From: the human T2T-CHM13v2.0 reference genome, Homo sapiens
Assembly: GCF_009914755.1 (NCBI RefSeq)
Contig: NC_060945.1
Direction: 5' to 3' (one strand)
Length of the DNA stretch: 64,000 bases
Within the stretch, counting starts at the first letter, position 1. The number at the start of each line of letters is the position of its first letter. The notes under the pieces were generated by a model that searched no databases, was not told the origin of the DNA, and saw only the letters and a list, made by a program, of their open reading frames with translations. Of this stretch, positions 1 to 12,814 are shown piece after piece. The translations under genes and the position numbers were made by a program.

Positions 1-357
1 TTTTGACAGCTTTCCACCATTATAGCTGGGTGTAAACAAAATTGAATGGGTTAGGATTACCCATTTCTCAAATTTAAAGTATTTTTGGTGATCCAAGGAA
101 GAGTTGCCTCTCAAAGATTATCTGACTGAAGTCAAGAAAATTTCACCTAGTATTATCATTTTAATATGATAATGTGAACTCAAATTCAAACTTAGCCCGA
201 TGTTTGCTGTACAAGGCCATCTAACTGGATGGATATCTTTGAGAGAGAGGCTTCCCATCATTCAGTTGAATTTAATTAAAAGATTAAGTAAATATGCATT
301 ATCCTTATCCACCTACTTACTCATTAATACAAAAACATATGAAGCATGTGGATAGAC

Positions 358-407
358 AGTGAGTCAATCATGAGCCCTAAAAGTTGAGGGCTCATGATTG
401 ACTCACT
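358..407. repeat. Perfect 21-bp inverted repeat with 8-nt loop
   Basis: AGTGAGTCAATCATGAGCCCT (358-378), loop AAAAGTTG, then exact reverse complement AGGGCTCATGATTGACTCACT (387-407). Confidence 0.97.
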
Positions 408-1614
408 TTTTGTCTGTCTTCGGTCAGAATGGCCTTAAAATTACAAGCAACTATGGAGGTTTCAGTGTTTCATTTCAAAGCCAGACACCGTGCTAGTTAT
501 CTCATATGTGTTTAAAGAGAAATCAAATGCACTCACTCTTCTTCAGAATTTCCTCCAGCAGCAGAGGAGACATGACTGTGAAAAATAACAGCAATGTAAT
601 AATTTCTATAATAGAAATATGAAAAAAGGCCATTAGCATGCACAACAAGGAGTATTTCTGCCTTGACAGGACATAGAATATTCTTGGGGGGATGATATGA
701 GCTGAGTCATTCATTCATTCATTTCAATTTATGTATTATAAACGACATTTTTGTACCATGCATTTCTATTTTCTCTCATGTCCTTCCTTGAAGGATGAGG
801 TTCACTTCTCTCCCCAAGGGAAGTAAGACTATTTCCTGCAGCTCTTTGTATAATAGTCCCTTTAATCCCTTATCTGACCAAATGCTTTCTCCAGCTAAGC
901 TGTGACGTCCAAATAATTGGTCTAATATCCAGGAAAGGAGATGAGTGCAGGATAAGACATGTGTTCCTACAGGGGGAGACCTCTACACTGTCTTTAAGGA
1001 AGGAAGTATGTCAGCTTTTACCAGGGAGGAGTGGGCTTCCTCTGCATGAACAGATGGTCTAGGGGAGTCTGTGAATCAAGGTTGTTCTAGCGTATCAACC
1101 CAGATGTCTTCATCACATGACTAAGTTTGCATTTCTTAATCAACGCCTTGACATCACATAGGATAACTGCCTTGGTCCATCATTTAGCCTTCTTTGAAGC
1201 TCTGGTGCTTTAATCATTAAGTTCTTGGCTTGGTCCTCAGCTTTACTTGCTCTCTGGCTGTAGTTAGGCCTTGCTATGCTATCAAGGAAGCCCTCTGGCT
1301 TTTAAACTTAATTTCAAATTACTGCCTAATCACTTTGGTTATCTTTCTTCAAAGCATCGATTGCACTTAACAACAACCACTTGCTTTCTCTATACTTTAT
1401 GTCAGTTGTTACCTCAGATTACTCATCATCATGATAATCTGTACTTACTATTGCATTCCTTTCAATAATATACTGAAGCACTTAACAACATTGCTATCTT
1501 GTACAAGGTTCATTTTTGTTCATCTGACAAAAGTTATGGAGGCCTAAATGTGAGCTAGCAGGTAATTAAGCTTCTGAATTCTCTCTCTTCTTTCTCTGAC
1601 CAGGCGGTGCCAAC

Positions 1615-2015
1615 TATTGCAGACTGGGTTCCCTGGGAAGCAAAATTTGAAAAGATTACTACACAAGAATTCTACCACAGAAGTCCTTGAAAACTTAAAA
1701 AAGTAATGAAATGAGGCAGGATTGGACAGAAGGAGAAGCTAAACAGTGATGCAGTCCAAACAAAGGCCAAACCTACAAGGAGCTCTGAAGCTGTGACGGG
1801 CCTTCAGCATTGCCTGCATTGTAATGAGAGAACTGGGATTTTATATTCCTGCATCTATCATAATTGAATGTAGGTTGTCACTTGGGTAAAGCAGCTGTCT
1901 CCAACATGGGGCATTTTCCAGAAAAGACTGTCATCTGAGGGCAGTAAGCCAGTGACATTCTGAAAAGCTGAGAGCCTACATATTTCAGTCCTAAAAAGGA
2001 GTCTGTGTGGCACAT
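1615..2015. mobile_element. Old ERVL-type LTR remnant (LTR16/LTR33-like)
   Basis: Starts GACTGGGTTCCCTGGGAAGCA and contains GAGGCAGGATTGGACAGAAGGAGAAGCT, resembling recalled ERVL LTR consensus. Family and boundaries approximate. Confidence 0.45.
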
Positions 2016-2284
2016 CACAAAATCCACTCTGGAAATTCAGGTGTTACTAGCCTGTAGTGCTTACAGCTACTTTCACTAAGACAAAATAATTGTATGCCAG
2101 AAGCTACGGCAGATGGCCATATGAGCCTCAGGCAGTGGTCCAGGCTCCCTGTGGTTTTCAGGACACTCAGAATTACTTGAATACTCTGGATAGGGGCCAC
2201 AGGCATTCTACAAATGATGGCAGGTCCAAAAAGGGCTGAGATCATTACAGAGAATTGCTCAGTATTTAGCAGCAAGGGAAACCA

Positions 2285-2810
2285 GCAGTGCAATGACTTT
2301 TAACACTAACTATCTAGAGTTAGTCCAAATTTTACAGGTCCTCCATGAGACCACCTTACTTCAGACACCAGCTGCATGCTCAAGGATCTCAGGGACATCC
2401 TCACTTCTAACCAACTGGCTACACACTTGAGGGTTCCTTTCAGGTTTGAGAATTCACTTGAATGACTCACAGAACTCAGGAAAGTGCTACATTTATGATT
2501 ACAGCTTCATTATAGCAGAGACGATACAAAATCAAAACCAGCCAGAGAAAAAACACATGGTGCTAAGTCTGGCAGAGTCTCAGACCCTAAGCTTCCAGTT
2601 GTCTTCTCCTTGTGAAATCAGAAAGTGTCACCCTCATGGCACATTGAAATGTGATGATACACAGAGCATTGACAACCACAGAAGCTCTCCAAGCTAGATG
2701 GTGAGAGTTTTCATTGGGGTTTCACCATGTAGTCAGTCATGTAGTCATGATTGGCTGAGTCATTGGCCATGTCATTGAACTTGATCTCCTGTCCCTTGTC
2801 ATCTCCTCAG
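2285..2810. mobile_element. MER21-family LTR
   Basis: Motifs CACTAACTATCTAGAGTTAG, ACTTCAGACACCAG and GAATGACTCACAGAACTCAGGAAAG; homologous to 30330-30615 in this window. Confidence 0.7.
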
Positions 2811-3230
2811 AAGATCTGCAAGAAGAGAGTTAAAAACTCTTTGTTTCAGAGCTCTGTTTGAGAGTTAAAAGCTGTTTGAAATACTAGCTTTGGTTCTGGG
2901 CACTATACTTAATTTACACAAATTGTTTCTGCTCTCTGATTTAAAGACTCAACTATGTAAATACAGCTTCTAAGAAATTTGAAGCATCATAGTGGGAGAA
3001 TAAAGAGAGAAGTTAAGAATTTTGTCAATAGGAGTCCATTAATATAATAAGCATTTCGTAAGTGCTAACTATATAAGTCACTCTGCCACAAACCACAGAC
3101 ATTCCCGAACATACATATGAAATTAAGCTGGTTATGGCCTGCTAGAGAAAAGAATACGTGAGCACAGAAAAATTATCCATGAAATCCTGGATAGAATGTT
3201 GAAGATGGCTACAAATTGGAGAAAAGGCAG

Positions 3231-3652
3231 TATATTAGTCCGTTCTCCCACTGCTATAAAGAAATACCTGAGACAGGATACTCTATAAAGAAAAGTTTAA
3301 TTGACTCACAGTTTTGCAGGCTTAAAGGAAGCATGATGTCGGCCATCTGCTGAGCTTCTAGGGAGGCCTCAGGAAATTTACAATCATGGTGGAAGACGAA
3401 GGGGAAGCAGGCTCATCTTACATGACTGGAGCAGGAGGAACAGAGAAGGGGGAGGTGGCGCACACTTAAACAACCAGATCTCACAAAAATTCACTCAAGT
3501 ATCATCAAGACAATACCAAGGAGGATGGTGCTAAGCCATTCATTAGAAACTGCACCTATGATCCAATCACCTCTTACCCAGCCCCACGTCCAGCACTGGG
3601 GATTGCATTTCAGCATGAGACGTGGGTAGGGACACAGATCCAAATCATATCA
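3231..3652 (-). mobile_element. MST (MSTA/MSTB) MaLR solo LTR
   Basis: TATATTAGTCCGTTCTC...GACACAGATCCAAATCATATCA; 5-bp TSD GGCAG/TGCAG. Confidence 0.9.
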
Positions 3653-4564
3653 TGCAGTGACCTGTAAACTATTTCAAGTCATGCAGTGAGCAAGTAGAAA
3701 AAAATAAAAGTTAAGAAAGGTGTAAAATTTGTCAACTCTAGACTCACGACAAAGACACCCCCCCAACACACACAATAACCTGCTCACCTGGACAAAGTGC
3801 TCACTCATCAGGAAGATAGCCAACTCATTGAGGTTGATTTTGAGAGCCTGGTCTTGCTGTGTCTACTAATCTTCAACAAATATGTTACAAACTCTGACAT
3901 TAACTCCCAGTCATTTTTCTTGCCTTGAAATATACACATTAATCTATTTGAGTCCAGGGGACAAAATCTATAAATTATCTTTTTCCCGCCTTTTGATACT
4001 AAGAGATGGTGAATGTGGAGTTTTCCATTTCTATAGTAAGCTTAATAAACTCAGCTTTGATACGTAAAGATTTCTGAGTAAATTTTACAGAAAGTCGGGA
4101 CATGAGCCAGTTTGGAAAGATAAATTATGTACGATTTAAATAAAGAATTCTAGAAAAATATATTTGAGGAACTGGGGGAGGGAACAGGTTACTGAGACAT
4201 GGGACTTCAAAGATGTCCCTAAGTTCAAAAGCTGAACACAATAATGTTATCTTTCCCTTAGAGAGATTTATATACATTCCAAAAGGTCAGAGTAAAAACA
4301 TGCTTCCCAATGAGCAAAATACCTCAATTATTTTTTTCTGAATTACTCTCCTACAATACAAATTAGTATGTATAGGATAACATCTGAATCTCATTGCTTT
4401 ACCCCAGGGTTAAAAAGTTGAGGCATCAGGAAACCACAGGTTTGTTTGCTATGAGTAAATAATAATTTTCTCTGTGTTAGAAACCTCATGTGTGTGTGTT
4501 CAAGATAATAATAATAAGTATGGATATTAAAAATCTATCTTACTCCCTCTTTCCATTTCCCAAG

Positions 4565-5029
4565 TGTCTTAGTCCATTCAGGCTGCTGTAACAAAATACC
4601 ATAAACTGGGCTACCTAGAAATGACAGAAATTTACTACTCACAGTCCTGGAGTCTGGAAAGTCCAAGAGCAAGGTGAGGACTGATTTGGTTCCTGGGGAG
4701 GGCTCTCTTCCTGGTTCATAGACGGTCTTTTTCTCTGTTTATCCGCACATGAGGAAAAGGTTCAAGGAAGATTTCTGGGATATCCATAAGGACACTTATT
4801 TCATTCATGGGGGCTCTACTCTCGTGACCTAATCACCTCCCAAAGGCCTCACCTCTAAATACTGTCACATTGAGAATTAGGTTTCAACATGTGAACGTCA
4901 GGGAAATAAATACCCCACTTACCCTAGTATTGTTACACATTGCATGCTTATATCAAAATATCTCATGTAACCCATAAATATATACACTTACTATGTACCT
5001 GCAAAAATTAAAAAATTCAGTCTCTAGCA
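4565..5029 (-). mobile_element. MLT1A/MSTD-type MaLR solo LTR interrupted by an L1 3' fragment
   Basis: TGTCTTAGTCCATTCAGGCTGCTGTAACAAAATACC...ATTCAGTCTCTAGCA; TSD CCAAG/CTAAG. Confidence 0.85.
4912..5015 (+). mobile_element. L1MA-type extreme 3' end (~100 bp) nested in the MaLR LTR
   Basis: TTACACATTGCATGCTTATATCAAAATATCTCATGTAACCCATAAATATATACACTTACTATGTACC...AAAAATTAAAAAA matches the recalled L1MA 3' terminus. Confidence 0.8.
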
Positions 5030-6138
5030 CTAAGATTTAAACTTTTTAGCAGTTTCTTCTCATCTTGATTTCCATATTTCAAATACAAATTTTGTAGTAT
5101 TTATTTCAGTCCAAATTTACTTCAGAAAACAGAAGCCAGCCTGTATCTTTTAATGGTTTTGATACAAGAAATTGAAGGCTTACTTGACTATTGGAAAGAC
5201 TGAGGAGGAAAAAAAATGTGGAAAACAACCAAAGAGGATTTTAGCTTAAATATGTAAAGTGGGTCATATGTCCTCAGACAAAGCTACTGTAAATCTCAAG
5301 ACTCTATGGATGGTTGCTATCCAAGTACCTCAGTTATCAGCACCAATGATCATGACTCCAAAAGCTCACCTGGAGGCTTTCTGAACTCTCACAGCTGTCA
5401 AGCATTTGTTCTCAATTGCCACCTGATAAAGGTCTGTCCTTCTGCTTGACCTTTCAAATCTCAGACAAGTAACATTCATTGGAACCCTAAGAAGAAGGCG
5501 AATGTGGAAAACATAGTTCCCAGCTTCTACTTTCTAGAGAAGACCTTAAAGGAGGTGGGTTCGATGCCTGCCAAGTTGACAACAGATGATCCAACCCACT
5601 ATGATTTCCTGATACATCAATTTTAGATGTGATCTATTGCACGGCATGTTACGATATGTTTTAACTCCCTTATACTTCTTCTTGCTCTCTCGCTCATCCT
5701 ATTATAGGTGTTTTGATTAAATCAATATTCAATGTTTATAGGGCTACAACTGTAAATTTATCCACTACTGAGAAAGGTGGCATATTTATGATTAGCCTTC
5801 CATTTCATAAACCTTTTTTTCCCCTGGAATTGATAATGGTGGCATTCTTTTTTCATTTGCTTAGTTGTGCTTTTTTTTTTTAATATCTGATACTGACTGA
5901 CTATCCAAACTTATACTTAGAGGTGTTAAACAACTTTCAATACCATAGTCCCTGTGGTCAGATGGAGCAAATAATCTATCAGTTCTTTTTATCTGCCCCT
6001 CCCCTCCCCACCCCATTATCTTTTTCATGAAATTTTTCCCAGAGCTGTTTTTCTCCCATTTGAAATAGTTGTTCTCTTGGCCTACTGCAAAAAGGTTGAT
6101 CTAGGACTGCTCCTTCATGTTTTCCTGTGCTAAATCTC

Positions 6139-6430
6139 CTTTTTTTTTTGAGACGGACTCTCACCCTGTTGCCCAGCCTGGAGTGCCATGGTGTGATCTC
6201 GGCTCAGTGCAACTTCCGCCTCCCAGGTTCAAGTAATTCTCTGCCTCAGCCTCCCCAGTAGCTGGGATTACAGGCACCCACCACCACGCCTGGCTAATTT
6301 GTTTGTATTTTTAGTAGACACAGGGTTTCACCATCTTGGCCAGGCTGGTCTTGAACTCCTGACCTCGTGATCCACCCACCTCGGCCTCCCAAAGTGCTGG
6401 GATTACAGGCGTGGGCCAACGCTCCAGGCC
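6139..6430 (-). mobile_element. AluS (Sg-like), full length
   Basis: Poly-T, GAGACGGA...CCCAAAGTGCTGGGATTACAGGCGTG...GGCC. Confidence 0.95.
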
Positions 6431-7684
6431 AAAACCTATTTTTAAGAGTTTCTTTCTCTATATTGGTTTACTTTTACATTTTGATGAAACACACCCTATA
6501 ATAGCTTTTTGAGCAAGAGTGCAGAGGAGGTTTTTTTTTTTCATCTTTCTGATGTTTTAAACTTGTCTTTTCTATCACACACTATTTACCTTTTGTCCAT
6601 CTAACATGCAGATACAATTCTAGTAGAATTAAGAATCTTTGTTTCATTCCTCAGTTTATTTTTCTGCTGTCCTTTTTTAGTTTCAAAGTTATTTTTGTTC
6701 CTTCATTGTTGTTTTGTATCATCTTGTCCTTGTTCCATAGATATATCTTCTCGTTTTAATATTAATTGTAGGTGATTGTTAGAAAAATATTCTACTCCAT
6801 AAATTATCACTGTTTTCTTAACTATCCTTTACCCACTTGTTTTTTGATTTCTCTTTTTTATCAAATATTTCATCAAATATCTGGGGAATGTGGTCCATTC
6901 ATGTTCAAGAATGAAGTACCCACTACACAACAGATCAGAAGCCTTATCTGTGTGCATGAGCAGAAATTGTCAATTATTAGGCATTGTTGGAAGATAATCT
7001 TGCAGCAAGTAAAGTTTATTTGTGGGTCCTCAAATTTGAGGATTTCATGCATTTTCTCTGCAACCAGATTTACGTGGGATAACATACTAATTTTCTGTCT
7101 TACTATGGAGCAGGCAGAAGAAAATTGTATCTAGCTGCATGTGTTCGAAGAACAAGTAGAAATGGGAGATTGCGAATTTTATCATTATGTAAGCAGATTT
7201 TCACTTAATTCACTTATTTTCAGCATCTGTCTCACCTTTGACTTCCATGATCTCTTATTTTTCTCAGTTGGAGTCCTTACTGCTTTGATTTCCTCAGAAG
7301 ATAGAATTCTGGTCAGAGATTGGATGACAGTGAGGACAGAAAAGAAGAGGAAGTTGCCTGTCTGTGTGGGATCTAGTAGGGCTCAAGGGTCTACTTTTCC
7401 TTACAGAGATTTCTGCCATCCTCCAATTTTCAGCCCCACAATTCACCATCCTTCCTATTTCTTCCATTGTACAATTGCATCACATCCTAAGCCTCTGCTT
7501 TATTATACAAGACAAGTAAATTTCTTTCTCCTGTTTCCCTTCGCATAGTCTCAGATGGTTAGCAGTTGCAGCACCCACTCTGCTCACCCAGAAGCAGAGG
7601 TCTTAGATTTACATTGTCATTCAAACTAACAAGGCACAGTAGGCTTCAACCAACACCAAGTTTATTTAGCTTTAAGAAAGAATA

Positions 7685-7980
7685 GCTGGGTGCAGTGGCT
7701 CACGCCTGTAATGCCAGCACTTTGGGAGGCCAAGGCAGGCGGATCACAAGGTCAGGAGATCGAGACCATCCTGGCTAACACTGTGAAAACTCGTCTCTAC
7801 TAAAAATACAAAAAAATAGCTGGGCGTGGTGGCAGACGCCTGTAGTCCCAGCTACTAGGAAGGCCGAGGCAGCAGAATTCCTTGAACCGGGAGGCGGAGC
7901 TTGCAGTGAGCGGAGATTGCGCCACTTTACTGTAGCCTGGGCGACAGAGTGAGACTCTGTCTAAAAAATAAATAAATAAA
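7685..7980 (+). mobile_element. Alu (AluSc/AluY-like), full length
   Basis: Both arms and A-tail present; TSD AAGAAAGAATA on both sides. Confidence 0.95.
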
Positions 7981-8371
7981 AAGAAAGAATAAAAGAGAGG
8001 AATTGTAACATCCTCAGCAGCACCGTAGCCAAGGTCCTATGACTCACAAGCATGATCATGAGAAGTGAGGCTGACTGTGTGCCGACCACCTCAGCTCCAG
8101 GAAGCCGTCAGCTCTGGGGTCTCTACAGCTTCTCTGCATTCCTGCTTATCCAGAATCTTGTGCTTTTCTCTTGTGCTGCTGAAACTCACTATTTGCAAAG
8201 TATTTATCAGGTAGATGTTACCAAGCAGTTAGAGGATACCTAGTTAACAATCTCCACAGCTAGGTACAGAGGCTTGATTCAGTATATTAAAACTTCAGGA
8301 GTACTCTCATTTTTCTTGGAGCTTGTATAACCTTTAACGTTTCTTCAATCCGTGTCACTAATTTGGGCATC

Positions 8372-8666
8372 TACTATGGGCTGAATTGTGTAATTAAGGT
8401 TAAACAAAGTCATAAGGCTGGGGGCTTTCAATAGGATTGGCAGTCACATAAGGAGAGAACAAAAGAGATTCCCCTCCTTTTGTACTCTGAGGACACAGGA
8501 AGAAGAGGGCCATCTGCAAGCCAGGAAGAGATACCTCATCAGAAACCAACCCTGCTGGTCCTTGATCTTGGCCTTCAAGCTGCCAGAACAGTGGGAAGAT
8601 ACATTTCTGTTGTTAAGTCTCCCAGACTATGCTATTTTGTTATTATAGCCTGAGAAGAGTAATATA
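8372..8666 (+). mobile_element. MLT1A/B MaLR solo LTR, internally deleted
   Basis: TACTATGGGCTGAATTGTG...GCCATCTGCAAGCCAGGAAGAG...GAGTAATATA; perfect TSD GCATC. Confidence 0.85.
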
Positions 8667-10119
8667 GCATCTAAACCTCAGACATCCCGTAAGCCAGACA
8701 AAAGGACTAAACCAGCTGTTAATGATAAGCAGAGATTACTTTCCATTCATTATGCCTTAATTTAGGAAAAGCGACTGTAATATTGTCCCTTAGTATTTTC
8801 TGGAAAGAACAGACGCATCTCATTCTCAGGACGTGGTGCAAGGGAAATTTCCGTTTCCTTCCACTGAGACATCTTTCAAAACATTTTTTAAATAAAAAGT
8901 ACTAAAATACAATTTAAAGAAAAGCCTGAGGACTGACAATCATTTTCTCTTCCATTTGTGATTCAAAGGCTTCTGTTTAATCAATAATTCCCTATTCAAA
9001 CACTTTACCTGGATAGTTTAATGGCTATCTGACCACTTGAAATGCAAATTATACAGTTTTTAATCTTTGAATGAGATTCTGAGGGTCAAAGAGTAGTTCT
9101 TACTCCAAAGCATAAACCATTCTGACAGATTTATACTAGAGAGGCTATACTAAATAAGAAAAATGTTTAAATAATTCAGATAATAATGCAAACTGTTAAC
9201 TCTTAGAAAATTCTAAGCCAAGTGTTTTCTAATGTGTTAGAGTTAGCTAAGAAAACACACAAGAAATCCAAGAAATCTGCTGAGTAGATAATTCTATTGT
9301 GCCAACACTTATTAGTTTCATGCATCTATTTAAGAAGACCCTGAAGCTTTATAAAAGACATTTCATTTTATATACTGTAGGTAACTGCCATTATGCAAAT
9401 ATTGTTGCCATTTAACTCCATCATGCATTTTATCTGATAATCATGAGTTGTAATAATAAGCAGACAGGTATAATTGAGTTTATTATATGGCCTGTTCAGT
9501 TTCTTTCCTGTCGTAAGAATACAAGAGTAACCAAAAGTCATAGTTTGATGTTTAGTGTAACTAAAGAGTTTTCTTTATATCCTTCATTTTTATTCTTATT
9601 TTAACATGTGAAAAACACTTAAGCTATTTTTAGGTGTCTAATATTTCTGCTGTCAGAAGGCATGACAAAATATTTAATAGCATAGTTAATGAGAATTTTT
9701 CAGCCATTCTATCAAGAAGTAGTTTGCTAATTTAAAAAATCTGAATGCTAATAAGTTGGCTTAGCTAAAAAAAAAAAAGTCAAAACAAGGCAGTAAAAAA
9801 ATACAAAATATTAAAGCTCTTTTTGTAATGCTACAAAGAATACAAAAATAAAATTTGTGATTTTACCATTGATAGTTTTCATATTAAGACTGAAGCTATG
9901 TAACATACTAATTTTAAGTGTACTACTAAATATTTTTCTTTCTATTCTCTATGCTTACATGAAATTTTAAAAAATGAATATTTTAGGGATGTAAAATAAG
10001 AACAGGGAGAAATTGATACCAAGTACAGAGAAAAAAATAACATTTGTGGAAAAGCTCTTGGTAGCGATGGTCCAAATTTAATTTTACATCTATTATTTTA
10101 CTTACTGAGACGAAGACTG

Positions 10120-10310
10120 TCTAGAATCCAATCCTAATATTTTCTAAGACTAGCTATTAGCCCTGTGTTGTGTACAGTTCGTTCATCATCAATCAAGTGA
10201 AAACAGTAGGAGAAGCTGCCCCACAGAGTTGCAGTGAAGATGGGCCAATTATAAATATGTAAGGCAGTTAGAGCAGCACATGCACACTAGTGAGTATCAC
10301 ATCAGCACTT
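10120..10310 (+). mobile_element. MIR SINE, degenerate
   Basis: Core-like CCCCACAGAGTTGCAGTGAAGATG...ATGTAAGGCAGTTAGAGCAG...CACACTAGTGAGT. Confidence 0.55.
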
Positions 10311-11899
10311 GATACTTCTTAATCTTCTTGAACTTGTAGTGAATTACAGAACTCACTACAAGTGAGTTATAAATATAAAATAGAAGTGAGTGGGATGCTG
10401 GGACTCTAACACATTGACATTTAAATAAGATTTGATTCATGAATATAGCCAGAAATATCTTACTAGGAATATTTGCTTTTCTGAAAGAGAAATTCAATTT
10501 TGACATATATTTTATCATGTATGAATATGTATATATTTATATAACTATATAATTAGATATGACACACATACACACTTGTGTATCTGAAGTAGAGAAAGGT
10601 CTACAATCAACTATGAGAAGTCAGACATTCCAATGAAACAGAACAAACAAAAGGTCTATGGATAAAAAGCTATTGAAAAACATTAGAATGAAAAATTTGA
10701 ATAAGTGTCTAAGTGAATTCCACTAGTCCCATATAAAATCTACCTTTATTCTTTGTGCAGTCACTGCTGTGCCTATATTTCCTAACTAAAATTAATGTCA
10801 CCTATAGCATAGCATCCTTTTAGTCTCTTCTACTATTGAAAGAGGTACTGCAGATTACAAATTATCTTGAGCTCAGGTAAATTAGACAGTTCTTGTGTTT
10901 TGAAGCAACATCTTGAAAACCACTATTAAATTAAACAGCCAATGTCTAAGAGAACAAATCCTTAAGCATGAGAAAGATTGGGAGCAATAACTTCAAATAT
11001 AAATCTACTATCACCCGCTGAAGAGGTATAGTAAACAAAGAGCATCTATATCTGTTCATCAGTTATTGATGACCATTTGATGCCAATTTTATGAGCAATA
11101 AACCAGATACATGGGTTCATATGATTCTTTTATTATACTTATATTACCTCATATGTCAAAGTCCACAAAACATAATTTTTTTCACTTTTATGGAAGTTAT
11201 GATGAAAAATATAATGATAGATTGGAGGCAGATAGATTATTATTTTGTAACTGCTTCTTCATCCTTAAAATGTGTTGTTATTCATATAGTTTGAGGATTG
11301 CTTTGGGCTTTATTTTCTTTTGAATATTTACATGACTCTTCTTCTACACAATATTCTCAAAAGAATATATCGTATCTGTTTTCTTTGTCAAGAACAGCTG
11401 TTACCTCACCCGCTTTATCTGTAATGAATACTTTGAATATTTTAGCCCCTATGTACACTTCCCTTTTCTCACCCTTCTTTTATGTAGACAACTAGGAATG
11501 ACCATCATGAGAAATAGTATTAGGCTAATGACAGGTTATATGAAGGGTTATGACTCTGTATAACAACTCTATAGCATCAGTTTTCATACTTCTTGGACAA
11601 TTGTTCATTATCTATTTCATATTTTGAGTGGAACTATGTGTTAAACAAAATATTTTATACCAAATTCAAAACTTAAAAAGCACTTAAATTATATTATTTT
11701 TCAAACAAGCCTAGAAAACAAATGAAATAATAAAGAGGGTTCCTTCTGTCACACCAACTCAAAGTAAAGGAGCTAATGCTGGAGGTAATTAATATTGTTG
11801 ATTTATACTTTTATATCTTTGAATAGCATATTTTTAAAAACATGATTTAGAATAAGTTGCAGCTGAATCTCTGAAACTTTATTTCTTTTGTAAAGTGAG

Positions 11900-12046
11900 A
11901 AGTGTTGGTATGTACCTCAAAGGACTAGCAACATGGGCACTCGCTTGGAGCTTCTTAAAAATGAAGAATCCTTATGCTTTGTCCCAAACCTAATAAATCA
12001 GAATTTGAAGATGGTTCACATGCATGATAAACTTAGAATATCACTG
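11900..12046. mobile_element. MER5A/B (hAT-Charlie MITE)
   Basis: GGAGCTTCTTAAAAATGAAGAATC...CCCAAACCTAATAAATCAGAAT...AAACTTAGAATATCACTG resembles MER5. Confidence 0.6.
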
Positions 12047-12402
12047 AAATGGATATCTCTAGCATTGTGTAATTTTATGATTTTTAGAATCCCTAGAATG
12101 GGGAGAGTGTAGATAAAAGAATCTACTTCCAACCTTATGCTATAGAAAGGTGGAAAACTACAGTTTGGCACCAAGTAAATATAACTGAGTTGTATCTAAA
12201 ACCTTGGATTTAAGTACTTTGGTTAAAATATTGTTTGAAACTTTACAATAGCACCCATATTATTTCAAGGGCAAGAGAGACTTTTGTGGGAGGGTTTATT
12301 GATAAAGAAAAATTACTGAGAGCTTTATTTCACTGTCTTTACGGATTCACAAGTTGTGAAGCCTAGCAAAGTCAATTTGGAAACTTAAATTTAACAAAAC
12401 AG

Positions 12403-12441
12403 TTATCAATAGCAATTCATTATCAATAGCAATTCATTATC
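12403..12441. repeat. 17-bp tandem duplication (2.3 copies)
   Basis: TTATCAATAGCAATTCA x2 followed by TTATC. Confidence 0.9.
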
Positions 12442-12722
12442 TTCAGAACTGAAGAATTGTCACAGAGTGGTATTTCTATAAACCACTTCCACTCATGAGT
12501 TAAGTTATAAGTTTTGAGGACTGTAACAGGAGGAAAAGTTTGTCTATATGTAGAGAGTGGCCACTTAAAAAGCCAATTTGACAAAATTTGCATGGCTTCC
12601 TGCTGTAACCATTAAAAACTGTATCATTCACTCTAAAGTGATGTAGGGATATTGTCTAGAAAAAGCTAATAAGCATCAGAACAGGATACCTGAGGCTCTA
12701 TCCAGAGTACTATTCTTCATAC

Positions 12723-12805
12723 TGTGTTAGTTGCCTGTTGCCGTCATAACAAATTATAACAAGCTTAGTGGCTTAAAATGAAAAAACTTTATTCTATTAT
12801 AATCA
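12723..12805 (-). mobile_element. MLT1 LTR end fragment
   Basis: TGTGTTAGTTGCCTGTTGCCGTCATAACAAATTATAACAAGCTTAGTGGCTTAAAA. Confidence 0.7.
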
Positions 12806-12814
12806 AGAATCAAA

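Noticed and set aside
6772-7548. Tandem 120-aa and 135-aa ORFs
   Set aside because: Non-ATG starts, no domain or codon signal, low-complexity composition; probably chance or an old repeat.
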